From positions 1 through 30,494 of the IMG/VR virus record IMGVR_UViG_3300027639_000002: 30,494 nt of DNA; one strand, 5' to 3'. The notes beneath the pieces were generated by a model. The model was not told where the DNA came from. It saw nothing but the letters and a program-made list of their open reading frames with translations, and searched no databases. This document shows positions 25,058 to 30,494 of this stretch, piece by piece. The translations under genes and the position numbers were made by a program. Source of the stretch: a virus (Duplodnaviria > Caudoviricetes). The first letter of the stretch is position 1. Each line of letters begins with the position of its first letter.

Positions 25058-26796
25058 TCGAATGCCTCCTTATGTGCCTTATAAGCAACATAGGCGTCCA
25101 TCAGGGCCGCCACGTTGTCGATTTTCTCGTCTTGACGTTTCTTGAGAAGTTTGCGATTCCCGTTCGTATCCTCAAGAGTAATCGCATTACCCATTGCGAA
25201 AGTCATCAAAGCTTGATCGAAGATGAGAAGTCTCTGTTCAGCCAGAATCTTTAGTTCTCCTAGCGGAACCGATTCAGTCTTCGCGCCCTGAATCACTTTC
25301 TCTATCGCATAGGGTCCGTTCTCCTGTTCCCAGCGCTGTACGAATTCTTTTGCGTTATACGGATCGAAACCTAGAGCGCGAACATCATACTTTTGTGTTT
25401 CGATGAAACGCTCGAGATCATCATAAACCTCCATCATGTCGAGGATAGTTCCCTCAAGCACGTGTAGGCTACCTTCATTGATGAACTCGTCGTACTTTTG
25501 ACGCATCGCCCCGGGTAGCTTCATTAACGTCAAAGACGTGATGTAACTTCGAGTCTTTACTCCGAATCCGTTTCGCAAAGGGAAAAGAAAAGTAAAAGCA
25601 CAGAAGTCGTCACCTTGTGAAAGGTCAGCGCCTAGCGAGCATGGCATTTGCCAGAAATCACGTCGACGGTGAGGTAAGGTCTCTTCGTAAGTGAAGAAGT
25701 ACGTATAGCCTTCCATTGGGATTCCAAAGCGCTTGGCCAGAATGTCATTCCTTGAAGCCGGCGCCTTTTCAGCCCTTTCCACGTCGAGCTGGTATGTTTC
25801 GTATGTGACTGTTTTGCCAAGATTCGGATTGGCTTTCGGCCACATCGCAGGATTGCCAACTTCTTCAAGCTCGTCTAGTTTGTAGTGCCAGATCGAGACG
25901 TGTGGAGCTTGATACTCTCCACGAAGAATGTCAGCGAGTTCCATTTTGATTGTATCGCCAGAACCATTCCGAACCGTTCCTTCTGAACTGATCGCCACGA
26001 TCAAATAGTCGTCAAGCTTTGAAGCTCCTTGCTCCACTGCACCAACAACATCTTCTCTCAGATCGCCAGACAACCACTCATCGATCGTCGAGATCTTCGG
26101 ACGAAGTCCTTGAAGCTTGGCGATTGACATTGGTCGAACTTCAACCAAAGAACCGGTCAGAAAGTTCTCGATGCCCTTCTTGGTAGAAGCAAGCTTTTGT
26201 CGATTGGCCCTTGAGCCGGTGGTGTTTTGAAGGGAGCCCTCGGTTAGAAACTTGAAGAGCGGGCCGCGGCTTCTGGTGATCGAAGTACGCATAGGAGATA
26301 CGACTTCGTCGGCTTGCTTCATCGTAGGAGCAGTCGTGATCTGGTGTGTTGTGGACGTGTCGACGTTGAGATAGTAGCTCTGGATGCACGAGGCATACAT
26401 AGACTTGGCAGCACCTCGGGCGACGATGAGATACTGTTTGGTGGTAAGTCTCTTCTTCACAACCTTGTTGACGTACCGCCCGCCACGACCGTTTGGTAGC
26501 GGCTCGTAAACACTTCGTTTGACGAAGTAGAACCAGCCGAAGATCTGTTCGCCCCATAACTTGAAAGAAGGTAGTAGATGGAGATCGCTACCATCAGTTA
26601 GCGTGAGCTCATTCTCACAATAGCGGACAAAACCCTCTACCGCCTGATCGTCGTAGTAGTAATTCGGATCAGCGATCAACGCATCGATCCGGTTCATCTC
26701 CATCGAGATCTCACGGTTGACGGGAATCTCACCTCGAAGAACCGCATCACGGAACTGACCGTAGTAGATCGGCACCGCTTTGTTTGATAGCGCCAT
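25054..26796 (-). CDS. terL: Terminase large subunit (580 aa)
   Basis: Start moved to ATG 26796 (AGGAGG RBS); Walker A VARGAAKS, Walker B ISTIDE, nuclease LGADLSQGDD, FDPYNA and KIDNVAAL motifs. Confidence 0.95.
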   Translation of the reverse strand: MALSNKAVPIYYGQFRDAVLRGEIPVNREISMEMNRIDALIADPNYYYDDQAVEGFVRYCENELTLTDGSDLHLLPSFKLWGEQIFGWFYFVKRSVYEPLPNGRGGRYVNKVVKKRLTTKQYLIVARGAAKSMYASCIQSYYLNVDTSTTHQITTAPTMKQADEVVSPMRTSITRSRGPLFKFLTEGSLQNTTGSRANRQKLASTKKGIENFLTGSLVEVRPMSIAKLQGLRPKISTIDEWLSGDLREDVVGAVEQGASKLDDYLIVAISSEGTVRNGSGDTIKMELADILRGEYQAPHVSIWHYKLDELEEVGNPAMWPKANPNLGKTVTYETYQLDVERAEKAPASRNDILAKRFGIPMEGYTYFFTYEETLPHRRRDFWQMPCSLGADLSQGDDFCAFTFLFPLRNGFGVKTRSYITSLTLMKLPGAMRQKYDEFINEGSLHVLEGTILDMMEVYDDLERFIETQKYDVRALGFDPYNAKEFVQRWEQENGPYAIEKVIQGAKTESVPLGELKILAEQRLLIFDQALMTFAMGNAITLEDTNGNRKLLKKRQDEKIDNVAALMDAYVAYKAHKEAFE

Positions 26797-26812
26797 CGCT
26801 GATCCTCCTTCC

Positions 26813-27100
26813 TTACCAGGAAGCGACGAACCACTGCCAGGTAGGAGCAGCCGACCCGACCCAGGCAATCGTGCTCTCGGGACGAACGTAGAACATGCCG
26901 CTGGTACGAGCACCGATCGTAACGCCGTCAACCTTGACCGCGGTGACAGTACCACCAGTGATCTCGACGAACATCGGGTGTCCGGATGTGTTCGTGACGG
27001 TCACGGTTGTTGCCGGAACAGCCGGCTTGCCGGCCCAATCACCGTCGGTTAGAGTCTTGTCCATGTGCTGCTGAAGCGTGCTGAGTTGCTGCGGATCCAT
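26813..27100 (-). CDS. Small beta-rich hypothetical protein (95 aa), possibly structural
   Basis: AGGTAGGA RBS; Thr/Val-rich strands. Confidence 0.7.
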   Translation of the reverse strand: MDPQQLSTLQQHMDKTLTDGDWAGKPAVPATTVTVTNTSGHPMFVEITGGTVTAVKVDGVTIGARTSGMFYVRPESTIAWVGSAAPTWQWFVASW

Positions 27101-27108
27101 TGTGTTTC

Positions 27109-27456
27109 CTACCTTCCGGCTAGGACTTTAGCTACTTGTTTAGCCAAAGCCTTAGAGGCGAGTTTCGTGGCTTCTTGCTTTCCGACATTGATGAGAACCT
27201 CACCAATGAATTTGCCTGCCCTTTTCTTCTTTGAGGGCGGAGCTAATGAGGCGAATTGTCGCTCGAGATTCATTCGAGTCACTAATGCTTGAAGCTCCTG
27301 ATTGCTGAGACTCTTGACGCCACCCTTTTTGATTTTCCCTGCCGCCGCGGCGGCAGAATCAGCGTCTGAAGAGGCCGGCAATTGTGACTTTCGGCGCACG
27401 CCCCACTTCATACCTTTAATGCCGAAATGGACCAGGACGTCGTCTGCTGTTTTCAT
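27109..27456 (-). CDS. HxGxxGMKWG-motif protein 2 (115 aa, basic)
   Basis: Start moved to ATG 27456 (GGGAG RBS); VLVHFGIKGMKWGVRRK, then LSNQELQ...RMNLERQF. Confidence 0.8.
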   Translation of the reverse strand: MKTADDVLVHFGIKGMKWGVRRKSQLPASSDADSAAAAAGKIKKGGVKSLSNQELQALVTRMNLERQFASLAPPSKKKRAGKFIGEVLINVGKQEATKLASKALAKQVAKVLAGR

Positions 27457-27475
27457 CTCACTCCCTTGGCCCAAA

Positions 27476-28444
27476 TCAGTATCGTCCGATAATTGACCAG
27501 TCGGTTTCGTAGTACTCTTCCCACCGCATCGACACGCCGTAGCTGGTACTACCAAATGTAGCTGGGGTAGATCCTGCTGGAATACTAAAGCAGCCGGCAT
27601 TGATCGGCGCTTGTACCCGCCCGCGTGTGACCGCGGAAGTGAAGAAACTGGTTGTGCGCCAATAGTTCCCGTTCGGCATATCAACAGAAACCATGTAATT
27701 ACCAACCGGTAAGATCCTTGGCGCAGCTAGCTTTTGTGTTTGGAGACCAGAAGCTGTTTCTCCGGTAAACGTGACCGACTCAATTACTGTGTCGGTATCA
27801 TCGTTCCAGATCTTTCCGACGTGAGTGCCCGTATTGGCTGTCAGCTTGTAGAAATCGATAGCCAAGGCTCTGATCGGGCCGCCAACCACAGAGAAACGAA
27901 ATCCCATTGTGTAAGAGGCGCCATCTGCGGGATTGTTTGTGGGTTCCGCAGTCAGAAAATTAAAGCTCATGGCGGGGAGAGAGTTGGTATTTGCATTTAA
28001 CGCACCGAACGAGGCGCTTAGAGCGTTTATGCGAACGATGTCGCCCACATTATAAGAGGCTATACTACTCCACTCACCCAGAAACAAACTGCCGCTTGCT
28101 CCCTCAGGTCCTTGGGCCCCGTCGGCTCCATCTTCTCCTGGTGGGCCTTGGGCCCCGTCAGCACCCGCTGGGCCGGCAGGCCCAACCAATGAAGCAAGCC
28201 ATTCGACTTCGGTACCAACGAACCCATTGTCTACGGCAACCTCGTAAGCCGACTTTCCATCAGCGCCAGCTCCGGAACCGGTCAGATAAGGAAGGCTGAT
28301 CCAAGGTGTTTCTCCGTCACCCACCTTGAGTTTGTTGGTGTCCTTTTCGTAACCCGGCTCTCCTGCACGTAGAGTAGGATTTGCCAAAGTCCAATTTGCT
28401 GCCGTATCCTCGCGGAGTTCGAATGTGACCCTACGGATGGTCAT
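27476..28444 (-). CDS. Fibre protein: Mtd_N/hyaluronidase-N-like domain, collagen, CBM5/12-like and DUF4082-like domains
   Basis: DTAANW..ANPTL..GE.GYEKDT.KLKVGDG..W..LPY; GKSAYEVAV..GF.GTE.EWLASL; ~10 Gly-X-Y triplets; W....Y.VGD.V; FYK...NTGTHVGKIW...FTGETASG. Confidence 0.75.
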   Translation of the reverse strand: MTIRRVTFELREDTAANWTLANPTLRAGEPGYEKDTNKLKVGDGETPWISLPYLTGSGAGADGKSAYEVAVDNGFVGTEVEWLASLVGPAGPAGADGAQGPPGEDGADGAQGPEGASGSLFLGEWSSIASYNVGDIVRINALSASFGALNANTNSLPAMSFNFLTAEPTNNPADGASYTMGFRFSVVGGPIRALAIDFYKLTANTGTHVGKIWNDDTDTVIESVTFTGETASGLQTQKLAAPRILPVGNYMVSVDMPNGNYWRTTSFFTSAVTRGRVQAPINAGCFSIPAGSTPATFGSTSYGVSMRWEEYYETDWSIIGRY

Positions 28445-28851
28445 TATGCACTACCTCCATCAAGGATAAGCTCGTCATCCTCAGGAAGCTCCGGTGGATC
28501 GGGATCAACCCATGCAGTTTCTTCGCGGTACTGATTCATGCGCCATTCGTACTCTTTAATCTGTTCTTTTACAGCCTCCATATGATACCCAGTAGTTGGT
28601 GGATCAAATAGAAGCCGAACATTGAGGTACATGTAAGTACGAACGGCATTGTATCGAGGATCCGTGCCGTAAAAGGTGTCCCACGTGGGTTCATCATCCT
28701 CGATCTGGAACCCATTAGCCGGACCGATGCCCAGCTGGTTCAGCTTGAAGAACACTGAGTTTATGTGCATCAAAATATCGGGATCGAAGACCGTGTAGGT
28801 CGGTTCAAGCCCGAGAGCTTTCTTAGTGCTCTTGAGAATGCTGTTCTCCAC
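28444..28851 (-). CDS. Head-tail adaptor (gp6/gp15-like), displaced from the capsid module
   Basis: L...KKALGL....FD.DILMHINS...L.QLGIG and V..Y.YL.VRLLFD pattern; no adaptor gene after the capsid. Confidence 0.65.
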   Translation of the reverse strand: MENSILKSTKKALGLEPTYTVFDPDILMHINSVFFKLNQLGIGPANGFQIEDDEPTWDTFYGTDPRYNAVRTYMYLNVRLLFDPPTTGYHMEAVKEQIKEYEWRMNQYREETAWVDPDPPELPEDDELILDGGSA

Positions 28852-28871
28852 GTGGGACCTCCCTCCCCGTA

Positions 28872-29645
28872 TTAGAAACGATCCTCATTCAGACGACGCT
28901 GGAGCGCCTTCACAACCTGAGAAACCGGAACGGACATGACTTGATCGACAGGACTGCCCAAATAACGCTGCAGAGCGCCGATCGTCTTGTAGCGCTTGCC
29001 GTTCTGGTAAATTCCCTTCCCATCCACGACGAGACGGTGATCTACCGTGTGTTGAAGCTTGGTCTGAACGGCACGGACAAGCTCACTGTCATCCGCATCG
29101 ATCTTGCTGTCGACCGTGGTTCCCATGATCTTCTGCCACTTGGCGATTGTCTTCGGACCTAGCTTCCCATCCACGACAAGATCCTCGTCGATGTCGCCCG
29201 GAATCGAAGGACCGGAGCCCCACTCGCTGAGAGACCAATCCGACTCGTTGGCGTCTTCATCAGCTTCGCCGGAGACATGGACGTGGTGGTTGTGTGGGTT
29301 GCTGCCGTCGTAGTCGCGCTCAACCCAACCGCGAGAGCGAGAACGAATCTTCCCCTCGAAGATAACATAGAGAAGACGCTTCTGATTCTCAGGCTTTGTG
29401 GTCAAATCTTTGACAAGTGCTCGACCATCAGACCGACTGAAATGCGAGTCCAGCTTGACATCGATCGCCCGATGTTCAGGAACAGAGTCAGGATCCTGAT
29501 CTTCAGCCCTCACACCGGCTGTGTCATCCTCGTTGTGTCCGGAAACCACAAGCTTGTGAGCCTCGTCGCCAATACCCCAAATCGTAGTGCCGGGGCGCTT
29601 CGCTCGAATGTTGTTGGTCAGCACTTGCATGCCTTTTGCCCTCAT
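28872..29645 (-). CDS. Endolysin: M15-like Zn peptidase with C-terminal peptidoglycan-binding repeats (257 aa)
   Basis: Start moved to ATG 29645 (AAGGAG RBS); IGDEAH...SGHN...AIDV...YVIF...NPHNHHVHVS, then LVVDGKLGPKTIAKWQ-type repeats. Confidence 0.8.
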   Translation of the reverse strand: MRAKGMQVLTNNIRAKRPGTTIWGIGDEAHKLVVSGHNEDDTAGVRAEDQDPDSVPEHRAIDVKLDSHFSRSDGRALVKDLTTKPENQKRLLYVIFEGKIRSRSRGWVERDYDGSNPHNHHVHVSGEADEDANESDWSLSEWGSGPSIPGDIDEDLVVDGKLGPKTIAKWQKIMGTTVDSKIDADDSELVRAVQTKLQHTVDHRLVVDGKGIYQNGKRYKTIGALQRYLGSPVDQVMSVPVSQVVKALQRRLNEDRF

Positions 29646-29659
29646 GGGCTTCTCCTTTC

Positions 29660-30073
29660 TTACCACATCTTGGTGTCGCCTGGTTTTCGTTCGACAAACG
29701 TTCCGCGGAGGAGACGCTTGTCGCCGTAATGAATGGCGTTGTGTGTTGCCAGTGTGGTTGTGATTAAAAACTCGGGGTCTAGGATGCTGTCATCACCATC
29801 GACAATGTCCGCTTTAGTCATCGGATTCAAGTGATGAATATAGAGGCCTTTATAAATGTCATAACCATCAACTCCCAGATCGCATCCTCTATCTCTGGCG
29901 ATGATGTGTTGACGAATTTGGCGCCACTCTCTGGACGTGTAAAACTTTTGGTTAATCCAACGATCGAAACCGAAAGTCAGATCACCAACTCTTCCGTTTA
30001 GCGCAAGATACTTGAACCGATCTTCGAGAGAATCAAGACGACGAAGCTCAGAGTAAGTCCTGATCATAGTCAT
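29660..30073 (-). CDS. HNH endonuclease (packaging-associated)
   Basis: FYTSREWRQIR...RDRGC...IHHLNP...HNAIH. Confidence 0.85.
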   Translation of the reverse strand: MTMIRTYSELRRLDSLEDRFKYLALNGRVGDLTFGFDRWINQKFYTSREWRQIRQHIIARDRGCDLGVDGYDIYKGLYIHHLNPMTKADIVDGDDSILDPEFLITTTLATHNAIHYGDKRLLRGTFVERKPGDTKMW

Positions 30074-30407
30074 CGTCTCCTCTTAGTGGTTCTTGACCGG
30101 AATAAGAACGCATAGCGCTAATAGCATTCCGATAAAGCTCTTCAATCTCTTTGGCTTGTTCGACTGCTTTGATCTTTACACGCATGAGTTCATTCTCGTG
30201 CGCGATTCGCTGCTGTTCAAGCTGTTCTCGAGACGAACCGAGCTTTAAAAGGTGCGTGACTTCCTGAGCAGAGGCAGTTCCCTTGCGCAACCGCTCTTCA
30301 ACAAGGTCCAGAGCCATGGAAACAAGCTGGCTCTCTCTTCCCTGAGGAGTTGTGGCCGGCTTGCGACGAGTACCTGGCTCTTCGGAGTCACTACTACGCC
30401 TCTTCAC
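30048..30407 (-). CDS. First gene of the late operon, possible terminase small subunit (119 aa)
   Basis: Basic N-terminus and helical/coiled-coil body; function inferred from position only. Confidence 0.55.
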   Translation of the reverse strand: MKRRSSDSEEPGTRRKPATTPQGRESQLVSMALDLVEERLRKGTASAQEVTHLLKLGSSREQLEQQRIAHENELMRVKIKAVEQAKEIEELYRNAISAMRSYSGQEPLRGDDDYDQDLL

Positions 30408-30465
30408 TCGGCTTTCAACTCCTTTCGAGATAGTTCCAACCGGCTTTCAAAGCGAAAAGTTTGTG

Positions 30466-30493
30466 CTAAAAACACCCCCGGAGGAATTTTTAG
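30466..30493. promoter_or_regulatory. Imperfect palindrome upstream of the late operon
   Basis: CTAAAAACACCCCCGGAGGAATTTTTAG. Confidence 0.4.
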
Positions 30494-30494
30494 G

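Noticed and set aside
26797-26955. N-terminal extensions in track ORFs (terL, capsid, 27109..27705, 9313..9630, 8102..8482 and others)
   Set aside because: They overlap upstream genes, and better starts with clear RBS lie downstream.
28110-28159. 14-bp direct repeat CCTTGGGCCCCGTC
   Set aside because: Explained by the repeated DGAQG collagen triplets.
27476-28444. Diversity-generating retroelement suggested by the Mtd_N-like domain
   Set aside because: No reverse transcriptase, no adenine-variant TR/VR pair and no C-type lectin tip seen. The 55-bp repeat elsewhere is exact and intragenic.

Overview
About 30.5 kb of a siphovirus-type actinobacteriophage genome, with all credible genes on the minus strand. 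Read from right to left (transcription order), it contains a putative small terminase/gene 1, HNH nuclease, endolysin, a displaced head-tail adaptor, an Mtd_N/collagen/DUF4082 fibre, two HxGxxGMKWG-motif proteins flanking terL, portal, a fused prohead protease-major capsid gene and head-tail/tail completion genes. Three major-tail-protein paralogues, a tail-fibre-repeat protein, a ~1470-aa tape measure, Dit, a Gp37-like hub and an FN3 tail protein follow, then a holin/membrane lysis cluster. The non-structural region holds small membrane-protein genes in promoter-gene-terminator cassettes, two DUF6353-like paralogues and the 5' 280 codons of an SF3 helicase/primase, which the ORF track missed. 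From recall (no search run), the architecture matches the ReqiPepy6/Poco6-like and Arthrobacter AM/AU, Streptomyces BI type lytic phages. No integrase, tRNA, CRISPR or reverse transcriptase was seen. Main leads: (1) a recurring [ILV]-x-His motif shared by the capsid precursor, portal and both GMKWG proteins, suggesting a protease-processed capsid cargo-leader system; (2) four identically spaced 33-bp non-canonical promoters with related terminators; (3) two structured intergenic RNAs; (4) a membrane-protein-rich early region with a shared unknown domain; (5) a dual-start holin fusion.
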